A stretch of 64,000 bases of DNA, from assembly GCA_030390025.1 (NCBI GenBank), contig CM059431.1:154010001-154074000 (forward strand), written 5' to 3'. The translations under genes and the position numbers were made by a program. How positions within the stretch are numbered: the stretch's first letter is position 1; every line of letters starts with the position of its first letter. The notes below the pieces were generated by a model. That model was given only the letters and a program-made list of their open reading frames with translations. It was not told the DNA's origin and searched no databases. Positions 50,441 through 63,404 of the stretch are shown here, piece after piece. This DNA is from Squalus acanthias. Its lineage: Eukaryota.

Positions 50441-50694
50441 ATGTACTGACAGTACACTGGAGTGCCGGCGTCGACAATGTCCTGAAGTCTCTGGAAAGAT
50501 GGATACTCACTAAAAGCGGGCCAAAATGCACACATATGCAACTTTACGTAGTTTCCTCCTGTCCACTTAGAAGATCAGTCTATCACCAAATGGCCCGGAT
50601 CCAACTGAAGCTGAAAAACGTGCAGTCCCTCTTCTGAGCGTTCTTTAGTGTTAGAACACACCGCATGTTCTGTGACGGAGAGTAAATTCGAGAC

Positions 50695-53600
50695 GATGAA
50701 TGCCAGGTTGGTATGTTGCCTCCCTGGTGCAAGGATCAAGGATGTCTCGAAGCGGCTGCAGGGCATTCTGAAGGGGGAGGCTGAACAGCAAGTTGTCGTG
50801 GTGCATATAGTTACCAACGATATAGGTAAAAAACGGGATGAGGTCCTAAAATCTGAAAATAGGGAGTTAGGAGGTAAATTAAAAAATAGGACCTCAAAGG
50901 TAGTAATCTCAGTATAGCTACCGGTGCCACGTGCCAGTCAGAGTAGAAATAGAAGGATCCTTCAGATGAATACGTGGTTAGAGGAGTGGTGCAAGTGGTA
51001 GGGATTCAAATTCCTGTGACATTGGAACCGGTTCTGGGGGAGGTGGGACCAGTACAAACTGGATGGTTTGCACCTGGGCAGGACCGGGACCGATGTCCTA
51101 GGGGGAGTGATTGATAGAGCTGTTGGTGAGGGTTTAAACTAAAATGGCAGGGGGTTGGGAACTGTGCAGGGAAACAGAGGAAGGGGAAGCAAGGATAGAA
51201 GCAAAAGACAGGAAGGAGAAAAGCAAAAGTGGAAGTCAGTGAAATCAAGGGTGTAAATCAAACAGGGCTACAGTAAATAATAATTCTAAAAGGACAAAGA
51301 GTGTTAAAAAAACAAGCCTGAATGCTTTGTGTCTTAATGCGATGAGCATTCGTAATAAGGTGGATGAATTAGCTGTGCAAATAGATGTAAACGGATATGA
51401 TATAATTGGGATTATGGCGACATGGCTCCAGGATGACCAAGGCTGGGAATTCAACATCCAGGGGTATTCAATATTCAGGAAGGACAGACAAAAAAGGAAA
51501 AGGAGGTTGGGTAGCATTGCTGGTTAAAAAGGAGATTAACACAATAGTAAGGAAAGATATTAGCTCTGATGATGTGGAATCTGTATGGGTAGAGCTGAGA
51601 AATACCAAGGGGCAGAAAACGTTAGTGGGAGTTGTATACAGATCCCCAAACAGTAATGATGAGGTTGGGGATGGCATTAAACGGGAAGTTAGAGACGCGT
51701 GCAATAAGGGTACAGCAGTTATCATGGGTGACTTTAATCTACATATATATTGGGCTAACCAAATTAGTAATAATACTGTGGAGGAGGAATTCCTAGAGTG
51801 TATACGAGATGGTTTCCTGGACCAATATGTCGTGGAACCAACTAGAGATCAGGCCATCTTAGACTGGGTATTATGTAATGAGAAAGGATTAATTTGCAAT
51901 CTTGTTGTACTAGGCTCCTTGGGGAGGAGCGATCATAATATGATAGAATTCTTCATTAAGATAGGGAGTGAAGTAGTTCACTCAGAGACTAGGGTCCTGA
52001 ATTTAAATAAAGGAAACTACTATGGTATGATGAACGAGTTCGCTAGAATGGATTGAGGAGCGTTACTTAAAGGGGTGATGGTGGCTAGGCAATGGCAAAC
52101 ATTTAAAAATCGCATGGATGAACCACAGAATTTGTTCATTCCTGTTTGGCATAACAATAAAACAAAGAAGGTGACTCAACCGTGGCTAACAAGGGAACTT
52201 AGCGATAGCATAAGATCCAAGGAGACGACATATACATTGGCCAGAAAAAGCAGCAAACCTGAGGATTGGGAGCAGTTTAGGATTCAGCAAAGAAGGGTAA
52301 AGTAATTAATTAAGAGGGGGAAAATAGAATATGGGAGTAAAACCTGCAGGGAACATAAAAACTGACTGTAAAATCTTCTATAGATATGTGAAGTGAAAAA
52401 GATTGGTGAAGTCAAGCGTAGGTCCCTTGCAGTCAGAATCAGGGGAATTTATAATGTGGAGCAAAGAAATGGCTGACAATTAAATACATACTTTGATTCT
52501 GTCAGCACAAAGGAGGACACGAATAAACTCGCAGAGATGTCGGGGAACATAGGGTCTAATGAGAGGGTGGAATTGAATGAAATCAGTATTTGTGCAGGAA
52601 AATGGTGTTAGGAAAAATTGATGGGATTGAAGGCCGATAAATCCACAGGACCTGATAATCTCCATCCTAGGGTAATTAAGGTAGAGGCCCTAGAAATAGA
52701 AGATGCATTGTTGGTCATCTTTCAGAATTCTATAGACTCTGGAACAGCACCTATTGATTGGAGGGTAGCTAATGTAACACCAGTATTTAAAAAAGGTGGC
52801 AGAGAAAAAACGGGGAATTATACCCCGGTAAGCCTGGCATCGGTAGTGGGCAAAATGCTAGAGTCCATTATAAAAGATGTAATAGCAGAGCACTTGGAAA
52901 ACAGTGACAGGAGCGGTCAAAGTCAACATAGATTTGCAAAAGGTAAATCATGCCTGACTAATCTATTGGAATTTTTTGAGAATGTAACAGGTGGAATAGA
53001 TAAGGGAGAACCAGTGGATGTTGTGTATTTGGACTTTCAGAAGGCTTTCGATAAGGTCATACATAAGAGATTAGCGTGCAAATTTAAGGCCATGGGATTG
53101 GGGGTAAGGTATTGATTTGGATAGAGAACTGGTTGGCAGACAGGAAGCAAAGAGTTGTAATAAACGGGTCTTTTCCCGAGTGGCAGGCAGTGACTAGTGG
53201 TGTACCGCAGGGATCGGTGCTATGACCACAGCTATTCACAATATATATAAATGATCTAGACGAGGGAACTAGATGTAATATCTCTAATTTGCAGACGACA
53301 CAAAGCTGGGTGGGCGTGTAGGCTGTGAGGAGTCTGCGGAGAAACTCCAGTATGATTTGGAATGTTTGGGTGATTGGGCAGATGCATGGCAGATGCAGTA
53401 TAATGTGGATAAATGCGAGGTTATCCACTTTGGTGGCAAAAACAGAGAAGACAGATTATTATCTGAACGGCAATAGATTTGGAAAAGGGGAAGTGCAATG
53501 AGATCTGGGAGTCCGTGTGCACCAGTCGCTGAAGTTAAGCATGCAGGTGCAGAAGGCGGTTAAGAAGGCAAATGGTATGTTGGCATTCATAGCGACAGGA

Positions 53601-54215
53601 TTCGAGTACAGGAGCAAGGATGTCTTGCTGCAGTTGTACAAGGCCTTAGTGAGACCACACCTTGAGTATTGTGTGCAGTTTTGGTCGCCTTATCTGAGGA
53701 AGGATGTTCTTGCCATAGAGGGAGTGCAGCGAAGATTTACAAGACTGATACCTTGGATGGCAGGAATGACTTATAAAGAGAGATTTGGTCGATTCGGCTT
53801 ATATTCGCTAGAGTTTTGAAGAATGAGAGGGGATCTCACTGAAACTTCTAAAATTCTAACAGGATTAGACAGACTAGATGCAGGAAGGATGTTCCCGATG
53901 GCGGGGGAGTCAAGAACCAGAGGTCACAGACTAAGGGTAAGGGGTAAGCCATTTAGGACTGAGATGAGGATGAATTTCTTCACCCAGAGAGTGGTGAACC
54001 TGTGGAATTATCTACCACAGGAGTCAGATCAGGCCAACTCAAGAAGGAGATAAATATATTTCTTAAGGCTAAAGGGATCAAGGGATTTGGGGAAGAAAGC
54101 AGGGACAGGGTACTGAATTTGAATGATCTGCCATGATCTCATTAAATGGCGGAGCAGGCTCGAGGGTCCTAATGGCCTACACCTGCTCCTATCTTCTATG
54201 CTTCTATGCTTCTAT
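50695..54215 (+). mobile_element. CR1 LINE (ORF1 esterase half + ORF2), moderately decayed
   Basis: VCCLPGARIKDV, CLNAMSIRNK, IMGDFN, SDHNM, YLDFQKAFDKV; (ttctatgc)n tail. Confidence 0.95.
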
Positions 54216-54339
54216 GCTTCCGGAAAGACAGCAAATCAATTGTAGTTTTAAGCAGTGGCCAAGAGATAGTGGTCAGGCGAGGGAGGCATGCCTGATTGAT
54301 GGACCCTGTACAAAAGAGGCGCACCTGGAAACTCTGGTG

Positions 54340-55110
54340 CCTCTCCCACGTGGTTACGAAATAACGCTGCATAGTCCAGGGTACTCGTATCCTCTGTAGG
54401 TTCAATAGCCCGTGTTACTCTGAGCCGCTGTAGGCCCAATAGCGCACGGTATTTGGACCGACTGCAGGGTCAATATCCCAGGGTACTCTAATACTGTGTG
54501 GGCCCAATAGTACAGCGTACTCTAAATCTCTACTGACCTATGATTCAATGGCTTCTGACCCTATATATTGCCCATGTTACACTGAACCTCTTCAAACCCA
54601 ATAGCCGAGGGAACTCTGACCACTTGCATAACCCAGGCAAATCCAACCCTCTGCATAGCCGCGGGTCCTCACAAACACTACACACACAATACCCCATCGT
54701 ACTTTGCGCCACTGCAGGCTCGATTGCCCAGTGTACGCTTCCCCTCTTGCAGCCCAATGTCCCAAGCTACTCTGACATTCTACAATCCCAATAGCCACAG
54801 GTTTTCTGAACCTCTACAGGATAAATATTCCCTCTACCTTCCCGGAGCCCAGGGCACACTGATTCTCTGTCGAGGACGGGAGTCCTACGCTCTGCAGTTT
54901 CATAATTGCTGGGTACTATGACCCTCTGCATGCCCAATATCCCAATGCATTCTGGTCCTCTACATAACCTACGGCACTCAATCCATCTACAGACGAAATA
55001 GGCCAGAGACTATAATCCTCTGCATAGCCCAAGGTAAGATCAGGCTCTACAGGCCCAATTGCATCAGGGTAATCCATAGCCCAGATTACTGTAACGATTT
55101 GCATACCTCA
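54340..55110 (+). repeat. Degenerate ~35-bp tandem repeat (ggcccaatagcccagggtactctga..ctct)
   Basis: Recurring cccaatagc..actctga motif. Confidence 0.6.
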
Positions 55111-55139
55111 GCTACATTCCGATTTACAATTTTTTCATT

Positions 55140-56005
55140 CGTTACTGGGATAGTAAGGCTATCATTTATTTTAAACCCCTAATAGCTCTTGAGAAGGTGT
55201 TGGTGTGCCGCCTTTTAACCACTGTAATCCGCTTGGTGAAGTTACTCCCACAGTGCTGTTATCTAGGGAGTTCCAGGATTTTGACCCAGCGACGATGAAG
55301 GATTGACGACATATTTCTCCCAGCGACTAAAAAAGAATGACGACATATTTCTAAGTCAGCATGTTGTGTAACTTGGAGGGTATATGGCGGTGATGTTGTT
55401 CCCATGTGAAGCTGCCGTTGTCCTTCTCGGTAGAGGAGGTCGCCGGTTTGGGAGGTGCTGTCGCAGAAGCCCTGGCGAGCTGCAGTGCTTCTTTTAGATG
55501 GTATACACTGCAGGCACGGTGCGCCGATGGTGGAGAGAGTGAAAGTTTAAGGTGTTGGATAGAGTGGCGATCAAGCCGGCTGCTTTGTACTAGTTGTGTC
55601 GAGTTTCTTGAGTGTTGTTACCGCTTCACTCATCCAGGCAATTCGAGATTATTCCTTCAAAATCCTGACTTGAGCCATTAGGTGAGACACTCACCGCAGA
55701 ATAGCCAGCCTCTCACCTGCACTTGTACCACATATTTTAGTGGCTGGACAATGTAATTTTCTTGTCAATGGTCACTCCAAAGATGTTAATGCCATTGAAT
55801 GTCAAGGGGTGGTGGTTAGTGACTCTCCTGTTGCAGATATGCATTGCCTGGAACTTGTGTGGCGCGAATATTACTTGCCACTTATGATAAGCCTGAATGT
55901 CGTCCAGGTCTTGCTGCATGTGGGCATAGAATGCTTCATTTTCTGAGCAGTAGCGAATGGAACTGAACACTGTGCAATCATCAGCGAACAATCCCACTTC
56001 TGAGA
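55140..56005 (-). mobile_element. LINE family B 3' fragment
   Basis: FADDCTVF; aligns to 1020-1910. Confidence 0.85.
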
Positions 56006-56139
56006 CCGGAAGGAGGGAGCACAGCGTGAGCGGAGTAGATGGATGCAGCAGTCGCGAGCGGCAGGAGCCTGAGACAGGAAGGAGCTGACATGGAGGGAGC
56101 ACAGCGAGAGCGGAGCAGATAAAAGGAACAGTTGTCTGC

Positions 56140-57490
56140 ACAGATTTTCCGAAGGCGTTTAATAAAGTACTTCATAGAAGGCTAGTTAACAAAATTGAGA
56201 CTCATGGAGTCGGTGGGTCAGTGGCAGCTTGAATAAGGAATTGACTTAAGGACAGAAAACAGCGTGTTTTGGTAAATGGCTGTTTTTCAGACTGGAGGAT
56301 GGTGTACAGTGGTGTTACCCAAGTGTCAGTGCTGGGGCCACTGCTTTTTTGATATATATTAATGACCTGGATATTGGAATACAGAGTAATATTTCTACAT
56401 TTGCCGATGACACCAAACTTCGGGGTGTGGCAAAAAGTGATGATGATACCAATCGACTGCAACAAGACATGGAAAGTCTAGCAGAATGGACAGCTAAGTT
56501 GCAGATGGAATTTAATACAGAGAAGTGTGAGGTGATGCCTTTTGGCAGAAGGAACAGGTAGAGGCAATATGCACTTAATGGCACAATTTTAAAGATTATG
56601 CACGGATAGAGGGACACGGGATTTAATGTGAATATGTGCTTGAAGGTGGCAGGACAAATTGAGAGAGTGGTTAACAAAGCATATGAAATCTTGGTCTTCA
56701 TAAATAGAGACACTCAGTGCAAAGTAAAGAATTTCTGCTGAACCTTTATAAAGCTCTGGTTAGGCCACCACTAGGGTATTGTGTGTAGTTCTGGTCACGA
56801 CACTTTAGGAAGGATGTAAATGCCCTTGAGAGGGTGCAGAAGAGATTTACCAGAATGATTCAGGGGATGGGGTACGTTATCTACAAGGACAGTTTGGAAA
56901 AGCTGGATATAATATCAAAATACTGCGGATGCTGGAAATCCGAAATAACAACAGAAAACGCTTACAAACTCAGCAGGCCAGGCAGCATCCGTGGAAACCT
57001 CTGTTTCTCTCTCCACGGATGCTGCCTGGCCTCATGAGACTCCCAGCTTTTTTTGTTGTTATTTTGGAAAAGCTGGATTTGTTTACCTTAGAGCAAAGGA
57101 GGTTGAGGTGTGATTTGATAAAGGTGTAGAAGATTATGACGGGTTTGTATAGGCTCGACGGGGAAAGGCTGTTCTCACTATTTGATGATACAAGGATAGG
57201 GGGACACCGATTTCAGGCTTTGGGCAAGAAATACAGGGGGGATGTCAGAAAAACTTGCTCACGCAGCGAGTGGTGAGAACCTGGAACTCACTGCCGACGG
57301 AAGTGGTGGAAGCAGAGACACTCAATGTTTGTCAGGGGAAACTGCATAGGCACTTGAGGGAAATAACCTTGCAGGGCTACGGGGATAGAGCGGAGGAATG
57401 GGAATGACTGAATTGCGCTACAGAGAGCCGGCACGGACTGGATGGGCCGCATGGCCTCGTTCTGTGTCGTTATGTCTCCATGACTCTGTG
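56140..57490 (+). mobile_element. CR1 3' fragment
   Basis: IYINDLD, FADDTKL, CR1 3' UTR. Confidence 0.85.
56909..57062. mobile_element. Fold-back Penelope-tail insertion with a 16-bp TSD
   Basis: TTTGGAAAAGCTGGAT at 56893-56908 and 57063-57078; internal inverted repeat. Confidence 0.85.
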
Positions 57491-57829
57491 AGGAGGGGGC
57501 CAAGGATAGATCACTAGATGGGGCTGCACCAGAGGGAACGGTGCAGGAGCGGGAAGAAAGGCCATTGCAGGTGATTCTCTGGCTACTATTAGATAGATAA
57601 GAACAAAAGCAGACGAGTGCAGTCCCACCCAGCCGGACGACGGTGGAGAGGCGTTGTAGGAAGTTGCAGTGGGCAACCGTGTCAAATGCTGCAAGAGGTC
57701 GAGAAGGACGAAGAGCCATAGTTTACCTTTGTCAAAGTGACAAAGGATGTCTATTGTGATTATGATAATAGGCGCTTCGAAATTGTGGCAGGGGCAGAAA
57801 CTGAATGGGTTCTGATAAACTCTGAGACC

Positions 57830-58460
57830 ACATACAAACCTGGCAGAATCCTAACAAACTTAAATCCCCATACATTTCTTGCAGGTACTTGTTATTTTGT
57901 GAAACCCCGTGCCCACCTGGCAGGACACCGATATAAAGTGAAACACCATAACTTGCTGGTTCCTGATACACTATGAAACCCCATACACACCTGGTATGAT
58001 CCTGATACACTGTGAAACCCCATACACAGCTGGCAGGATCCTGATACACTGTGAAACCTTTGCACACCTGGCTGGATCCTGATGCACTGTGAAAACCCAT
58101 AAACACCTGGCAGGAACCTGAAACACTGTGAAACCCTTGCAAACCTGGCAGGTTCCCGATACATTGTGAAACCCTTGCAAACCTGGCAGGTTCCCGATAC
58201 ATTGTGAAACCCCATACACACCTGGTAGGTTCCCGATACACTGTGAAACCCTTGCAAACCTGGCAGGTTCCCGATACATTGTGAAACCCCATACACACAT
58301 GGCAGGATCCTGATACACTGTGAAACCCCTTACTCACCTGGTCGGCAGCTGATACATTCTGAATCCACATACTCACCTGGTAGCATCCTGACACACTGGG
58401 AAACCCCAGGAATAACTGGAACGATCCCGATAAACTGTGCAATCAGATACACACCTAGCT
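57830..58460 (+). repeat. 39-40 bp minisatellite (acctggcaggatcctgatacactgtgaaaccccatacac), about 15 copies
   Basis: Direct tandem periodicity. Confidence 0.95.
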
Positions 58461-58529
58461 GAATTCCAGATTTTCTGTGAATCAACATGAACACATATCA
58501 GATTCGCAATAATGTATGCATTTTTTATA

Positions 58530-61500
58530 AAGGTAAGGTTTATCCAATTAGAACCGGGAATGTTCCCAGGGGATTTGATAGAAGTGTTCAAAACAATGAA
58601 AGGTTTGATAGTGTAAATAAAGTGAAATTAATTGCCGCGGCAGAATTTATAATAAAAATAAGACACATTTTCAGTTGATAGGCAAAACGCAGAGGCTGCA
58701 TGAGGAAACGTGTTTCTATGCAGCGAGTTATTGCGATCTTGAATGGACTGTCTGAAAGTGGATGGAAGAAGATGATATAGTGACCTGCTCAAAGGAATTG
58801 GATAAATACATGAAGGAAAATAATACAGGGCTATGCTGATAGAGAATTGGAGTCGGATAAATGGAAATCTCTACAAATTAGCTGGCACAAACACGATGGG
58901 ACGATTGCCCTCCTTTCCTACTACATTATTCTGTGATGAAAACTAGAAATGGCAGCGACCGTGCATAGTCACAACCAAGAGGAAAGCACAGGTGGCTGGA
59001 CGGGGAGAGTGTGACTTCCAGCAGGAACTGAGGGGAGATGGAGGAGGACGGCCCGCAGACACTGCTCCAATACAACGGGTATGATGTACTTAATACCTGT
59101 GAGGATAAGGAGAAAGACTGCGGGGAGGACAGCCACAATGATGATCTAGGCAGATCGGAGGAGCAGATTCTAAAATTATAGTTATAATGGAGTCAAAAAT
59201 TAGGGGAATACGTTGCATCCTCTGTAGCCACGATCTAGAGTCCCGAAGGATGTGTTGCCTACATGATGCCAGGGTAAGTGATAGGCACATGCGCTTGAAA
59301 AGGAATTTGGAAAGTAAGGGGAAGATCCAGTTGTTGGGGTCCATGACGGGACCAATGACAAAGGTTAGAAAGTATAGAACTTGCAGTAGAAGAAGTATCA
59401 GGACTTCGGAGCTAAATTAAAACGCAGAACATGACGGGTGTTAATTTTACGATTATTTCCGGAGCCACGTGCTAATCAGCAACGCAACAAATAGACCAGG
59501 AAAATGAGCACGTGGCTAAAGGAGTATGTAGGGGAAGGAGGGGTTCGATTTCTTTGGTCACCGGAAACAGTGCTAGGACAGCAAGGTGTACCATTGGGAC
59601 CGGCTGCTTCTGAACCGGGATGGGACCAAAGTCTTCGTGGAAATGATGTCCAGGTGGAATAAAAGGACTCTAAACTAAAAGATGGGAGAAGGACTACGGC
59701 GGTCACAGTAGTAAAAATGATAGTTCATCCTTTTTAAGAAAGGGATAAAAGCAAAGTTCAGTTCACAAACTGTGATAATGATTCTACACACGAGAGGAAT
59801 CATCAAACAACTAAAGTAGTATAAGAAATACATAGAGTAAATTTGAGGCTGAAATACTGATCGCTGGAAGATGGTCAGGATTAGGATTTAAATATTCTAG
59901 TTAATAATGTCTTTAGTAAGGATAGGGAAACTGGAAGATGAGGTTTGGTAGCCTTATTGATTTAATATATTATTACAACATGTGTAAGAGAGGATATAGG
60001 TTGATGAAATCAATCAGCTGAGAGATTGTTTAGAAATTGCCAATAAGAGAGGACATAAAATTATAACAGGATTTATCGACAGACCTCCTGATAGCAACAA
60101 TTGAGTCGTAGAACGTGCGAGTTCAAGTATTAGAGAAGCTTCATGCAAAATAAGAGTTGTTTTAATTGGTGAATATGATTTTCAGAAAGATTATGAAGAG
60201 CAGAGTAGTTCAAGTTTGAAAGGTAGTGAATTTACTCATTGCATTCATGGTCGGGCAATGTGTTCGAGAAACATCAAGAGGGCAGTATATACTAGAATTA
60301 GTAATACGTAACCAGCCAGTCTTAGTTAATAATCTAACAGTAAGAGAATATTAATCGAACAGTGATCATAATCGGATAGAATGCAATGTTAGTTTCCAAA
60401 AGGAAAGTAACACTAGGATTCTGGGTCGTGGTATGGACAGAGACTGACGACAGCAAAATGGCCCAACCTATTATCGGGAAAAACTACAGATAATCATTGG
60501 GAGATGTTGAAATCAAAATTCAGCTTATTGCAGGACCAGTACATACACCGAAGTGGCAAGAGCTCTACTTAAAAAAAAACAGCTATGATCGAGAAAATAT
60601 TTTTGAGAAAACACAATACTAAAGGAAAGAGCATGCAAAAGTGCAAAGAATAGTGTAAATCAAGGGATCAGATTAAATAACTTCAAAAGAGGCCAAAAAG
60701 TAGTTGTTAAAAGGGAAGAACATAAGAACATAAGAACATAAACAATAGGAGCAGGAGTAGAACATTTGCCCCTTGATCCTGCTCCATCATTTAATGAGAT
60801 CATGGCTGATCTGATCTTGGGATCAGCTCCATATCCCTGCCCGCACCCCATAACCCATCACTCCCTTATTGTTCAAAAATCTGTCTACCTTCACCTTAAA
60901 TATATTCAATAATCCAGCCTCCACAGCTCTCTCGGGAAGAAAATTCTACATATTCCCGACCCTCTGAAAGAAGAAATTCCTCCTTATCTCACTTTTAAAT
61001 GGGCGATCCCTTATTCTGAAACTATGCCCTTAGTTCTAGATTCCCCATGAGGGTAACATCTACTCTGCATCTACCTTGTAGAGCCCCCTCAGTATATTAT
61101 ATGTTTCAATGAGATCACCTCTATTTCTTCTAAATTCCAATGATTATAGGAAGATGAACAGGAGTTTGCGGGAGATATCAAAATGAACACAATCGAGTTT
61201 TTACAATTATAGTAGAAGAAAAAGGGTAGTCAAGGGGGATATGTGCCCTTTAAAACAGATGTGTGCAATATAAACATTAAAATAACGCAATAGTAGAAAA
61301 GTTGAATATTAATTCACTTCAGTGTTCAGTGAAGACCCCATTCTAGGGAAACTAATGGGAACTGGTACTGGGAATCGCTGAAGTTATCATAAGCAGAGAA
61401 ACAGTGTTAGAAAATATAATAGTACTAAGGTCTGACGAATCCCACCGAACTGTTGGTTTCTATCCAAAGATTTAAAAGTTATTATGCGTTGAAGTTGCAA

Positions 61501-61790
61501 ATGCTTCAGCTATAATCTTTCAAAGCTCTATCGATTCAGCAACTGTTGTTTAAATTGAGAAATTAGAAATGTGACTCCATTATTTCAGGACGTTGAGAGA
61601 GAGAGCAACCAGGAAATTTTCGGCCTATAAGTCAAACATTAGTTACGGGAAATTATTGGAAATTATGATTATGGACAGAGTGACTGAGCACTTTGAGAAA
61701 TTAAAGTGATCAGCCATGATGTCTGTGAATGTCGGAATGAACTCGAGCGAATGAATGGCCATTTCCTGTTCCTATGTTCCTGATGCTAAA
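58530..61790 (+). mobile_element. Old, heavily decayed CR1 sequence with a younger minus-strand CR1 3' end at ~60715-61150
   Basis: RRMCCLHDARV esterase remnant, SDHN remnant; (aacataag)n tail at ~60719-60740. Confidence 0.7.
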
Positions 61791-62479
61791 TATATGGATA
61801 TAATTTTAATGCGGTAGACGGCCTTTTGCCCATCGTGCCTGTGCCGGCTCTTTGAAAGAGCTAGCACATTCGACCAACTCCGTTCTATTTCTCCATAGCA
61901 CTGCAATCTAGAAATTGTTAATATTCTGTCGTTTATAATGTTTGTGCTACTGTGCCAGAAAACAAAACCGGGTTGGCGAAGCCGGAAACCGAGGCCGTGG
62001 GTTATCGTGTCTGTCCATGAATGCTGCGATATTATAATAGCTTTGAACTACTATCATGCTGCACATTGCAACATGGCGTCGAATCTGAAAACACGTTTTT
62101 GACCTCCGGTGTGGATTTTGGTAAATTGCAGATCCAATCTTTAAGTATTGGGGTAAATTAGACTTTTAAAACGCACAATATGGACACCCAATGGAAAAGT
62201 TAATCACTGAGCATCTATCGCCCATTCGACAGTAGCAAGAAAAGCTAAAGTTACTCCGAGAGTGTGATAGCACCGTAATGGCCAAGAGGCAAAGTGGTCG
62301 CGACCAATTATCGTATGAGCAAGAGTGGAAAGGATATTCGAGCGGCACATGTTGCCGAAGGGTCGAGGCTTGAATCGCAATCCAACTTGCTAACACCCTC
62401 GCCCATTCCTTTCGCTATTCACTGCTTTGTCTTTCATTTTTTGGCCGCCTGCTTGATCTCGGAGTTGAGAGGAAATATA

Positions 62480-63404
62480 TTATCAAAAATTGTCTTGCGG
62501 CAGTTATCGGATTGGCCTCCCCGCAAAATTTCCGCGCACCATTCCAGCCAGTAAATGTAAAAAAATCACTTTTATTAAGTTTCGGCCACTCACAGCAGGG
62601 TCCCGGTAAAGCGAGGAACGTCAAGATGAAGAATCGGTGCCTAAGTGGAGACAGGAGGGAAAAGCTAAAACAATGGGGCAGAGATTCGGATCGCAGGCTT
62701 CCCGCGGGTGCAAGCCCCCTAACTGCACTTACCCAGCGCGCTTGCCGTTGTGCTGTGGGCCCGCGTGGGATTCCGATCCTGGGCCTCCTCATGCTGCCGG
62801 TGTGCTGTGCTTGCGTATCCCAGGGGCACATTTAGTTCGAAGCGTTCCCTGGGATCACGTGGGCCATGGAGAGCCAATAGGAGCAGGGAATCTCCACTCA
62901 TAGATTTGACAGGAAGACCTGTCAAATCTATGAAATAGAGATCGGCCACAAAACCTTCAACCTTTACTAAAACTTCAAATACATTTAAAAAAAAATCACA
63001 TTTCTAAAATAACTATAAATTACAAAAATTAACTATTTTAAACAAAAATTTTATTTTTTGAAAACATTAATTAAAGTTTTTACGGGGCTAAAAATAAACT
63101 TACCTTTCTTTATAGTATTTAAAAAAGATAAACCTTTGGAAAAAATGTTTAATTTTACTTACTTCACCACTTACCTTGTTAAAAGCAGGCCTTGCTCCTG
63201 CTTTTTCCCCACGCAGCTGCTGGGACTTAACCTCACAGAGTAGCCTTAAAAAAAGCGGAAGTCCGCTGCGTACCCGCTGCCTCTCCGGCGCACGCGATGA
63301 CCTCCGAACCCCTTCCTTCAAGGGAACGCAAGTTCCGCTTTCCAGCGCATGCGCAGTGCATGCGGGAAATCGGTACTTTCGTTGGGTCAACGGGTGAGTG
63401 CACT
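62480..63404. mobile_element. PIF/Harbinger-type MITE (family of 12776-13517), ends degraded or deleted
   Basis: Internal homology (CACGTG, CCAAT, hairpin, AT-rich core, GCGCATGCGC); right TIR missing. Confidence 0.7.

Noticed and set aside
57732..58442. Repetitive Cys-rich ORFs; CRISPR-like periodicity
   Set aside because: Head-to-tail 39-40 bp minisatellite with no unique spacers and no cas genes, in a eukaryotic context
61900..62480. CpG-containing unique stretch with a short helical-looking peptide (MEKLITEHLSPIRQ)
   Set aside because: Interrupted by a stop; no recognisable homology or splice structure
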